Shown here: piece after piece, positions 40,830 to 52,748 of the stretch
Layout: each line of letters begins with the position of its first letter
Numbering within the stretch: the stretch's first letter is position 1
Assembly: GCA_051362555.1 (NCBI GenBank)
Contig: CM120642.1
Location: 18,414,001-18,478,000, forward strand
Origin: Lingula anatina
Taxonomy: Eukaryota > Animalia > Brachiopoda
Reading direction: 5' to 3'
DNA length: 64,000 nt
Made by a program: the position numbers and the translations under genes
The notes under the pieces: model-generated
Seen by the model: only the letters and a program-made list of their open reading frames with translations
What the model was told of the DNA's origin: nothing
Database searches by the model: none

Positions 40830-43241
40830 GGTTTGTTGGAGGAAATGGGCAGTGGCAAAACAAGAAGACTTCCTAGCGAGCAGTTAGACGAAGATCAATG
40901 GATTTCATTATTTCTTTTGATAAACTCCGGGCTCCAAGAATACGACCTTTCGTTTATTTTTCTTAGCGCAAATACTTCTTTCTGGTGCCATTTTCGTTAA
41001 ATTGTTTTTGTCGATAAATTTGAAGAATGCCAATATATTCGGACATATTGCCCCACACACCATATTTGCTCGATTTTGACCATCCGCATTAAACGAATGG
41101 TGTTTAAACTTATGGTGATGATAGAGTTATAGTTGCAAGAATGGCAGCTACAAGAGTATGTCCATATAGAGTGAGACTTATACTACATTGTATATATGGA
41201 AATTTCAGGAGACTTGTTTTTCTCAATTCATTTTTACTTCTCTTAACATTGGTGGTACAGACAGGCACTGGCTACAGTTTGATTGTAAGACTGTTTCTTA
41301 AAGAAACTATAGTAATATAGTTTCTTTCGGAACTTCCCTTTCCATTACGTCATTATAAGTAACGAACAAAGTCCCGCGAGAAAAAACGAAAATTCCGACC
41401 CTTCTGTTGTGAAGCCAGTAATGAAAGATTTGACATGACAAAAGAGAATGAATAGTCAAATGGATAAATGAAAACAGAATATATTTCTTCACAGGAATTT
41501 TAAATTGAAATCCATTTGATTATTTTAAAAGGAATGGATTTTCAAAGTAAATACATTTAAAATGCACGTCATTTTGAAGCGGGCGGGGAAAAATACTAGA
41601 TTTTTATTAATGACAATAAATACAAACTAATACATATTTGTCGCTAAAATACTTTCATTTTTATGCGATTTACCAGCGTTTTATGAAAAATTCACTTGGT
41701 GTTGGCCAACTGTTTATGGAGTCAGTTGTAGCAGTTACAATACTTTCCTCAGCTAATTCCACGTCCTTGTATTTTGACAGATTGAGCACAGTTGTTATCA
41801 ATGGGTTAATGAACTTAATACATTTTCCTTGTAAACACCGGAGAACTGACACCGTTAAAAGCATAGTCATACTGAGGCCTCTCCCACTTCCTTTTTTCTT
41901 CAAACTTAAATTCCAAATCCCACCTTTACAAAATCTAGGAAGTTATGCCGCGCCCAGGTAGCAATTCAGCGCCGTCAAACCATTCTACAAACCATATGAG
42001 GTTAGGGCGATAAAACTTACAGATACCCTTTTAAATCACGCTTATCGTTAAAGAACCGCGACGATAGGGAAAAATATACGACTCGTTACCTCCATCCGAC
42101 GATAAGAATCACTGGTTGAGTCGGTGATTTATTATCAAGCGTTGAGAACTATCTAACCTCCGGCTTTTTAACAATAACAGTGTGATCTCGGGGTAATTAT
42201 GATAAGGGTTGTGTTCCTTGTGACTAAATACTTTTATTTTTCTTACTGCAGACTATTTATGTCGTTACACCCTAAAATGAAGAAATCCGCCAAAGGCTGT
42301 GTCCAAGAAAGAGATGGCCTTTGACCAATCAAATGTCGAGATTTGCTCCACATCTAAATTTCTTCAAATTGCGTGTTTTCGAATCACTGTCTTAAAGCGG
42401 ATTTCAGATAATTATTGTACCTGTAAATGTTACTCATTTCAGATGTTTTAGATAAAAATTAAGCTATGTTTACGTTTAAATAAATGAGTAGGACATATTG
42501 AAAGCTAAAGGTAAGAAGGGGCAGATTTCAGTTTTGGATGTGTCAAAGCTCCTGCCAATTTGACTGGCAGATAAAATGCTTAAAAATCAAGACGTGCAGT
42601 ACAGTGGCACCGCTACTGATCACCGGGACGTCTTGTATTTCTTTGTAAAAATTAACACCGTAACTGAAAATAAACCTCCCATGACACGACAAATGCCAAG
42701 ACATAATATTCGAAAACAAGTCACCAGTCTCCCGTGGAACCCATGTCGCCGCAGTGGCAGGTATATGTCAGTGCTATTCCGTCTTGTACGATGACAAATG
42801 TGTTTTTTATTTGCACGAACAAAGTGGTTCAGTTTTACAGCGATCATTTTTGTTGCTGAGAGTAAGAAAATCATGTCTCGCGGGATCATTTGGCGACCTA
42901 CAAGCAAAATATAGTTACCCTGTACACACTACACAATGTCGCTATATTGGAGTCTTTCTTATTAGGTGTTTGAGGCCATGACCTACGTATTAAACTGAAC
43001 TACACACATTTCAAATTACTTAACTACATACGACAAAGAAAAAGATAACGACGTGGAGATTATGCTGGTGTATGGTGGTAAGCTAATTATCTTGAAGGTA
43101 CTTAAAAAAAAAAAGAAACACAGTGAGATATTTTTTTCAAAAAAATTGTTGGGGTTAGATTTTGGAAAATAAGAAAGACGATAATGAACATATAAAAAAA
43201 TCCCGGTAATTATATATATACTTATAGATTTTGAAAAATTA

Positions 43242-43244
<3 letters not shown>

Positions 43245-43287
<43 letters not shown>
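43245..43287. repeat. Poly-A tract (43 nt)
   Basis: Direct reading. It sits at the 5' edge of the CpG-rich BarH promoter region. Confidence 0.9.
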
Positions 43288-43288
<1 letters not shown>

Positions 43289-43299
43289 ACCTCAAAATC

Positions 43300-44271
43300 T
43301 TCTCTGCTAGGCAACCCACAAATTTGAAACGAGTTGTAGGACCAATAAGAAAAAAATTGAACTTTCTTTTGCTGAAGGACTGGTTCGTCTAATAAATTCT
43401 CCCAGGTTCAAGTACGTAGGCACACGCTGTATCTCGTCTCCCCATCGTAGCGGACGGAGACCCGTCACGTGGTAGTGCTAATCTTAGTTTACCGGAGTGT
43501 TAACGAGCTTTTCCTAAACCAACAGCTATGAATAATAATTTCTCCACTTCCTCTGTTGACAGAATAGTCGAACTGTTATCATCGTTGAATCTGTATTTGA
43601 CAACTCGCGCCGCCCCTCCCCAGCGATAGCACTGAAGGGCTGCCGTGTCGTCCATCCGGTCGAAATAAACCAATGAAAACGCAGAAGCAGCTCAGTCACC
43701 CGCTAATGACTTAATGCGCTGCTTTACTCACTTGTTAGGAACGCGCGACCCGGGCCTCGACTACTTCTAATGTTTTATCCAAACGTGGGTGAGTACAGGC
43801 AGCATCCCTCGTCAGGATCTAATGGCGTAAGGATGTTATAAAGGTGCCCCTAGTATGGATAGTAAAAAACCAGCTGGTGATGGAATCGCGGCGGAGTTGA
43901 TTATGTCTTTATTACAGTGTATCACTTGTCGAGTGGTGTTAAACATCGACGAGAGAGCGCGGTGGAAGGACATATGATGCCGATGAAAATTTACCACTTA
44001 GCCTTGACAGACGCGTAAAGTACCGGGGTAATTCTGTGTAAGCTGCATAGTGGAACACCGACCCAGTGAGCTGTGGACAAACACGAGTGCAACTGCGCTG
44101 AGAAAGCTTAGGGGTCGAACTGAGCACGGAATCTCACGTGGAACTGCAGATTTCAGCCCCAGTTGAAATATACAAGAAAAAAGTGTCAACATTTATTAAG
44201 CCATTACACATATCAATCGGCACCAGAAAAAAGCAGGGGATTTGGTGAAAATATAGCAGAACTCGGTCACA
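43300..44271 (+). promoter_or_regulatory. BarH promoter / 5' UTR region (CpG-rich)
   Basis: CpG-rich. Contains X-box-like CTGCTAGGCAAC (43304-43315), CCAAT boxes, a GC box, TATAAA (43837-43842) and a CAGCTG E-box (43871-43876) ahead of the ATG at 44272. Confidence 0.5.
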
Positions 44272-47200
44272 ATGAGTAGTCCGTCGAAGTATGACATAAA
44301 AGCTCTGGTGGCGACAAGTAAGACGACAGGTTTAGCTGACACGGGGAATGATACAGGTGAAGAAAAACAAGAGGAACGAAACAGAAAAAGACCCCGGTCT
44401 GTGTCACCGGCGTTATCATCCCCGACGGCCTCAGAAGCTGACTCGCCAGCATCAAATATTTCAAAGAGAGGGGAGGAGGCACCGAGTGAGAAAAAGAAAC
44501 GAAAAGACAGTACTGAGGAGGGGGAGGCTAAAAGCAATGCCCCTGTCAGTGTTACACCGCCCTCCGCGCGTCCAAGCTTTTTGATCACAGACATCCTAAG
44601 TGACAGACATCCCGTGAGAGCACCTAGGCCGTCACCCCCGTGTATAAGTGTGTCCATTCCTTCTTCTTTAGACTTTTCCATGAAAAACGTGTCCCCTACT
44701 TCCTCAGTCGGGAGCCTGGGGTCCATGTCAACGCTACGAAGCGACCTTACACGAGACAAGAAATATAACAAACTTAAAACCTCTTGGAGCGACAAGATTT
44801 CACGATCTAAAGAAATTGACGTTTTAAATAACGAAGATGACGAGGAAGATGATGAGGAGTATGATGACGATTGTGAAGGTAAGATATAGGCCCCCTATCA
44901 GAGGTTTTGCGATACAGGTTTTGAATGGCTTAAATAAAAATGACACAAATTTTCAGAGTGTGATCGAGGTGTATTAGGTGTGGATTGTGATGAATCACAA
45001 CGTTGATATTACTCAATATGTGTTAAGATTTCCAAATAGAAAGGCAGCATATTTAATTCCCATTTTAAAATAACCTAATACATTAAACATTAAAATAAGG
45101 CAATGCGTCTTATCCCCTTCCCCCTAAAATTACTTTCGGGGGCTTATTTCTCAGCGGACCAAAGTTGATTAGTAATAAACGTGTTTATTGTCAGTAAAAT
45201 TTTGGATTCACAAAGTCAATTGTACAGCGTAATACAATGAAGGGGACCCTTTTAAATCCAACCTAACACAAAAATAAACCCCCATACACCTGCTATGTGG
45301 ACAGTACATTAAGAGAGATGATGCGATGAGGCATGGCCCGAGGCTGGATCGAGGGGCTAGATTTTTTAACTTTTTGTTTCTCGACAAAAAGAAGCAATTT
45401 TGTGTATTTAGCGTGCTTCACCTGACATAGGCGTTGAAAGGTTTATGGGAATTTTTGTGATTCTTTTGAACCCCCTCAACTTGGATAGCGCCCCGAGGAT
45501 AAACAATTTTGCTAATTCCGCGACATTTATGATTATCATTTGAACAGAGCTGACGCGCCTCATAATGGTTACAATGCGAATAAAACAGGTTCATCTTTGT
45601 TCAAGCTTTATTGAAATGCAAATTGAGAAAATATCTGTAAAGCAGCCTTCAGAAACGAAGATAAAAGTCATCTCATTCGCGTGCTGCTCAAGGGGGGGCG
45701 TATTGTTTTAGAACCGTAGTTAACATCAGAACACCTTTCCAAGTGATTTGCGGAGAAAAAGGAGTAATTTGCGAAGACTAAAGGCTCGTCGAACCGCCGT
45801 TTTAATGGAGACAGCGGTGCCTAGTCCCTTAAATAACTGGCAGGTTTTTAACATAACGGTCTTTTATCATGAACTATGTAGGATAAATGACCTATAACCA
45901 GAGAACGCTTTTACCTCTGCGTGATGGCTCGTTGGCATTAAAATATTTTCTCCATTCATGTAAACGTTCTCATGATATAATTTTAAAGAACCATTTTTAA
46001 TTCCTGCAGAATCTAAGATAAAAATATTTAAAATATCATATATTATATATCATATCTAATAGATAATTTAAATTCGAGTACCATAAACAAACTTTCCGTA
46101 ATTATTATTTTCATTCATTCATACACAAGTAAAAACAACTGAAGTAACATTTTACGCTTGGCTTGGACCAACCACGGATTAACTGTCATATGCGGGAAAA
46201 CAAAAAAAAAAATTACCATAGGGGTAAAACAATCAGAATAGGGGATTTTACCCAATAAATTATATATATAACCCAGAGTTGAATCGTTGTGATGTCACCC
46301 CCGGACCTCCCGTGTACCAACATATTAGGCCAGATTAGTAATTTTCGTGTCAACCCAAATTGCTTTTGTTTGAAATTGACACTGGAAATCGACAATTTTG
46401 GTTCATAATTAGCTATACCTGTAAAACAATTGCCGGAAATGCCAGGCGTTACGTTTAATCGACGTAAAACGAGCTAAGAAATAATAGTGACATGCGAAAC
46501 GTTGGACAAAACGTCCAGGACAAAATATATCTTCTTATTGGACTTAGTCACAGGTATCAATAGTATATAATAACAGGTTCATTCGTGAACAATCGGGCTG
46601 GCACCCATATGAGAAAAGGATGTGGCCGGCACCTATTGTGAGCTAAAACGTCCACCCCTACACTTAACCGGTAATTTGCAAAATCTCCTTTTGTTGTGAG
46701 AAGTGGCAATTTAATGGCGAATTTGGCGTTTTGTTCATACATTTTCAGCATTTTCTGCTAACTGAAAACACGGTCACTGTTGCTCCTGAACACTGCCGTG
46801 ACGTAACTGACTTCCGTATCGTATGAGTTGGCTGAATTCTACGGGGGGTGAAATTGACAACGGGCGCCAGTTAATTGGAAATTGTTCTGATAAGTGCGGA
46901 GCTGCCAATTTTAAAATGTTAATACCCAATATCAATACTTCTTTTCCAAACATGGGGGTCCTGACAGTTGCTGACAAAAATACGGGAGACAGGGTGTGAA
47001 ATTGAGTTATATCACGGGAAACAAGGCATAATGGACGGGACCATTTTCGCTAACAGTGGCTGTTGTTTTTTTACGCTTGCCACGTATGAGATATTTCAAG
47101 GAAAACATTTTATATGCACTCCTCAAATGATGTTTAGACACAAAAAAATATGATGCCTTTAATTATTCAAATATATTGGACAGGTATAGGCATAACATTT

Positions 47201-50200
47201 AAGAGGAAAACCTTCCCACGGTCTTTTCATTAAAAAAAAAAAAAAAGAAACCAAAAAGTGCAGATACGCTGAAGGATATGCTGGCTCTTAGAATATATTG
47301 TCGTTTGTCGTTATAAGGATGCGGGCTATCGGGTTCCATTTAGGTACACAAAAATAGATAGATTCTCCACACCGTTGACATCTTTTGTGTTCATTTTGTA
47401 TAAAAGACAATGCATTAGTAGCGTTCCGCTTTTTCGGTCGCTTTCGCAACGTGTGAAACTGTTCTCATTCCATGGAAAATATTACACACTTGCTAGTACG
47501 CAACTGTTTCGCTAATTATTGTCGCGAATATTCCATAGCTTCGTTGAATTTCTTTGTGGCTTTTTTAACAACGAGACAAAAGGTTCGACAAAGGACGTTA
47601 TCATCTTAGATAATTGTAGAATAAATCGGATGAAATTAAAAGAAAGAAAAATTTAAATGGCATTAGTTCCACTGTCTTGTTGGCGTAAGCGTTCACTTTC
47701 GTGTCGCAGGCGGCAGTGAACAAAAAAACGCTTGCGTTTAAATGGGTTATTAGCAGCATTTAGCAAGGCTAAATAGCTTAAAAGGAAAAATTAAACCATT
47801 TAAAGAAAATTGACTATTTTTTCTCTTTGTGTTTGTAACGTTCTGGCTTGATATTTTCCTTGTTCAACTTGCGAAGGCGAAAGCGACCGACAAATTATCG
47901 TCATTTTCTAACATATGCTGCACTTTTCCCTTCCCATTTAATGCATACAGAATTATGAGAAAAAAACATCCTGTGTTTTTAAGTTAAATGTATTCGTGGG
48001 AGATTAAAATGTTTTTGTTTTTGGAAGAATATATTTCAAATATCGTAAATTCACATGTGTTTGGTGAATTCAAATGTATGGCACATGTTCATCAGCTGTG
48101 CGTGAAATTCGTTCGTTTTACCGTGACAAACGGGCTTGGGCAACCTCATGGACTCTTTCTGATTACCAGAACAATTTTCTCCGTCTAATTTATCAAGTGT
48201 CGTAAGAACGTTATGTGCATAGAAAGTACTGACATTCGATATGCCAAAACAATGGGATAAATTATTCATATAATTGCTCCCCCTGTCCAAGCCATACGCC
48301 TGGTAAATTGACGCTTTTGTTCCAGAGTTTAAGGGAAAGGGAAAAAAGTCATTATGACAATCACGTGGTCCATTGTGTTTTGCCGATTTTTCTTCGCCAT
48401 TAAACAGAAAACCAAAAACTTGAATATGCAGAGTAAAAGCGAACGCATTTTGCCACTTTTTGTTTAAATTGCGAACAACTTGAAGTTGTAATTCTTCGAA
48501 TATTTAGACCAATATTTAAGTGTATGTTAAAGCTTAGTTTGTTATTGATGCGTTGGTATGATGGTTTAATTTGATGTTTAGAATGGCAGTAGTATTTTTT
48601 TATTATTATTTTCGTGAATATAAAAAATTTGCGAGTTGAAATCTCCACTTACTTTTTTGCTGTGATACGATAACTAAGCCTTGGGGTCATTGATTGTTTC
48701 ATGGTAACTTACTGTTTGTTCAGTTTTAAAATCCTTTCGTTTTTAGTGTTACAAAACATGTATTTGTACTTATTTTCTTAAATTTGTTGAACCGTCACTG
48801 GTATCGCAGTGATGTACGCCAAGAAGGATTTTTTGCCGTAGAAGAATTAACTACTGCCGCTGTGTGGAGATTAATTTGTTCTCCTTTCGAATAATAATTT
48901 CCGCGTTTCAAAAATAATAAATAAATAAATAAATAAATAAATGAATAAAAGTAATGAAATAAGAAATAGTTAATAATACTGACTGACAACTTACTAATAG
49001 CGACATAAATACCTCTTACTCATAATAGTGCGTTAAAACTGTACAGCTTCCTTTTACTCTTGACCACCGCAAACACTTAGGACATTACAGTGAATCAGTC
49101 AAATGTCTTAAAGTCAAACTGGCTTTTGATTTAAGGACACGATAATTTGTTTGCTGATGGTGTGTAATATATGAGTGGTTTTGCCTGCCAAACGGTCCGA
49201 CCACAACAATCTAGTAGTCATGCGAAGTACCGGTTAAACTGTCAACAAAATATTCAGCGACAGGGAATTTCCATCTCGCGCTTAAAACCCCAAATCGTTT
49301 AGGATTTAAAAACATTTATTTTGATATCATTTGATTGAGGTTTCAGGCCTTGGTTCTCTGATCTTACCCAGAAGCAAAACTCATTCAATAATTCAGAAGA
49401 TGAGAGAATCGTTTCTTTTTTTATTTCAGTAATTAATTCACTTGTTTTTATTTCCTGGTGGAAGCGTTCAAAATGATAATGCAATACACGGATATAGGAG
49501 GGGGACAAACGATTGGGAAAACATTAATGTTTTCATTAAAAAATATTGAAGATGTATAACCACTTCGTCTTGAAATGTCAGATTGCGTGAGGGTACCCAA
49601 TATGAATCATTCTTAAATACAGGTTACGATTTCACCGCAAGGTGGCAGCTCAACGGATGGTCTACATGAAATCATCCGCCATAATAGCATGTATGTTATC
49701 ATACATAGTTCACTTTGTTATATATGAGGACAAATTACACGGTTTAGGCTAACGTAGGAAGTTGGTGTTTATATACCTGTAATTATCTGTGCACCTGCCA
49801 GTGGGGAAGTTATATGAAAGGACGTCATTTTGTGAATTGCATTGATGGTAAATCTAACTGTCTTAAATATTTTCCGATCGTGACTAAAGTATCAGGCTTA
49901 TCTCATTATTTTTGGGTGAGCTTGGGGCGTTTCGTAGACGTGTAATTGTGGTTCGCGAGGGATGGTTTTAAAATTTATTAATCACACTTATTTTGTTTGT
50001 AATAATGCTTCATGCATTTGTTGTAAATACTGTCAAATATATGTAAATAAATTGAGAAAATCGTTTCATGTTTAAGGGATATGCATCATACAGATGCGCC
50101 AACATATTGTCAGTAACACAATGATGGATTTGAGATTTATTCATAGACCCCCCCCCCTCAAAAAATAAATAATAAATAAATAAAAAAGGGGGACGCAGCT

Positions 50201-50621
50201 GCAACAAGCACATGATGGCAATCATTTATGGACAGTTTGATCGAAATTCATGATAAAGCCTTACAAGACCTTCGAACAGAGCGCGTACAAATGACAAACA
50301 AATATATTGTAATTGTCTAATGGCAGTATAACGCAGACGACATAAAATACACCGATTTTTACAGCACCTGACATATTTAGGGCGTGACGCGACTTCTCAC
50401 ATGTTGTTGCACCCCAGGCAGAGAGAAACGCCATTGAAAACATTCACGCCTTGTCGAGATTCAGCAAAGTGAACTATTTGCCTCACACAAAAGAGGTTAA
50501 ATTCTCATCTGTTACAGAAGACAGATAGTTTTAAAAAACTTTTTGAAACTGTAAACGGCTGCCGTTGCTGTAGGTTATACACGTTTCAGTTAATATTTGT
50601 TGGGTTGAAATATTGGAGCAG

Positions 50622-50711
<90 letters not shown>

Positions 50712-51757
50712 TTGATTTCTGGAATGTAATATATTTACATAAATCCAATGAGTTAAATTCAATAAAAATATTACAATGATAATAATTACGTTTGTGTCGG
50801 TGGCATTTTTACTACCAGAAATGATCAAACTTCAAGCGGTAATTAGTCAACCAACAGGATTGGATAATATTCTAGCTACAATTTAACAAATCCCTTGATT
50901 ATTTCCAGATAAAAGTGACGACGAAAAATGTCACCTCAACAGTGATGGCAGCCCGGCCGACGCCTCCCAGAAGCCAAAGAAACCTCGCAAAGCTCGCACC
51001 GCCTTCACCGACCACCAGCTCAACTGCCTGGAGAGGAGCTTTGAGAGGCAGAAGTACCTCAGCGTTCAAGACCGAATGGAGCTAGCAGCGCAGCTTAATC
51101 TCACCGACACACAAGTAAAGACGTGGTACCAAAACAGAAGGTGCGTGATCAAACAAGCAAACAAATAAATAAATAAACAATAAATAAATAAACATATAAA
51201 TAAATAAAGGAAATAAGCTGATAAATGAATGAATTAATTTGAGAAATAAGCTGACAAATGAATAAAAACTCAAATGATATTTAAAAGTAAAAATTCAAAT
51301 AAAGAACACCAATTCACATTATAAGTGACTCAAATCCCTAGGATGGAATATATGAGTAAAAAATGAAAAAGTAGTCGTATTCAGGAAGGTATGCGGCTGA
51401 TGAAAAAGATAAAGATCTCACATGCGCGTTTCGCAGTCCTCTGCATACCGAGTTATGAGACTAATTGATTTTGGTTTTTTTATTCATTCCAGAACGAAAT
51501 GGAAGCGCCAGACAGCTGTTGGACTAGAACTACTTGCAGAAGCTGGAAATTACGCCGCGGTTCAAAGAATGCTGCAGTCTAATCCTTATTGGGCCGCGTA
51601 CACCCCTCACATCATCCGCGGGATGGATGCCGTGTATCTACGTCATCCGGCTGCTGCGGGACTAAACTCATCTCTAATACCCCGGATGTACGTCCCAGGA
51701 CTCTCCCCACTTACTGCCACTTCTACTTCTCCACTGTACGGTGAAAACAGATCATAA
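44272..51757 (+). CDS. BARHL: BarH-like (BARHL/B-H) NKL-class homeobox transcription factor, 3 exons, 367 aa
   Basis: Exons 44272-44878, 50909-51140, 51493-51757 (1104 nt, in frame). Homeodomain [59 protein letters not shown] carries the Bar-diagnostic Tyr49 (WYQN). It is followed by the BARHL-conserved [14 protein letters not shown]. An eh1/FIL motif SFLITDIL lies in exon 1. Confidence 0.95.
49633..49650 (+). promoter_or_regulatory. CTCF-like motif in BarH intron 1
   Basis: CACCGCAAGGTGGCAGCT matches the CTCF core CCGCnAGGTGGCAG. Motif match only. Confidence 0.4.
50624..50711. repeat. (TG)n(AG)n compound microsatellite
   Basis: Direct reading. Confidence 0.9.
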
Positions 51758-52742
51758 AGAAAAAATGAAAATAGATGAACATATGCTCCTTTTTATTTCG
51801 ATTCTTTTAAACGATTATGATATTGACAAAATTTGCAGATAAACATAGACATCTACCATTAAATTATTGAACAGCCTAATGAATTGTCTTAAAATCTTTA
51901 AGAGTCAGAAGGCAGAAAAATATATTAGAGGAGACACAGACTCTTTTCCCTACCTTGACCAGACTTCGTTTGACGCTGTGAAAATGATCTCATTTATTAT
52001 TTGAATAATACAAACACTATCAGCCTTTCCAAAGATGCATTCGCAGCCGCGTTGAATTTTTTAAATAGCTAGCTACTAAAGATTACAATTTGTTAAAATA
52101 ACTTCACAAGCCAATAGAACTGGTTTTTTTTAAAAAAAGCTAATGTGATAATAATGTTATAATTTTACAGTGTGAAACTGTTGGTTCTTATCATATAGAC
52201 CCTGTCCTCTTCAACTTACTTGCTTTTGATTTTTAAAACTTTCAAATCTGGAAGTTTATATCTGGAAGCTTTATTTTGTTGTTTTGACAGATATTGTAAT
52301 TATTTATTGTATAATTTAAACTGTAAAAGACAGAAAAATGTTACATTGTATTTGTCCAGTACATTACATACTGGTGCAATATGCCATACGTTTTGATGTT
52401 TAACTGTGAATAGTATGAGGCCTCTTTAGCATAGATGATAGAGCACGGTATGGGGTTACAGATTTTTTTTTGTACCGATTTAAGATATCGTAAGCATGCC
52501 GGCGCCTGCGCAAGACGGGTACTTCTAAACTGTTCGCTACTGGTGCACCAACTTACAGTTGAGGGCTTAATCTTAATGATCAAAGGATGGAAAGCTTTAT
52601 TTTGAATGTCAATCATTTGTATGTTAATATGTACATTGATATTATTGATATTATTGATATTATTTATATATATACTCAAGTTGAGATTTTGTACAAAAGC
52701 TAGCCACTAGCGTTTTTGTTGTTGTTTGTTTTATGTTCTGTA

Positions 52743-52748
52743 AATAAA
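52743..52748 (+). terminator. Probable BarH polyadenylation signal
   Basis: AATAAA about 1 kb after the stop, with a GT-rich downstream element (ttttgttgtttgg). Confidence 0.45.

Noticed and set aside
44196-44795. 199-aa minus-strand ORF
   Set aside because: Antisense shadow of BarH exon 1, with no recognisable domain or splice partners.
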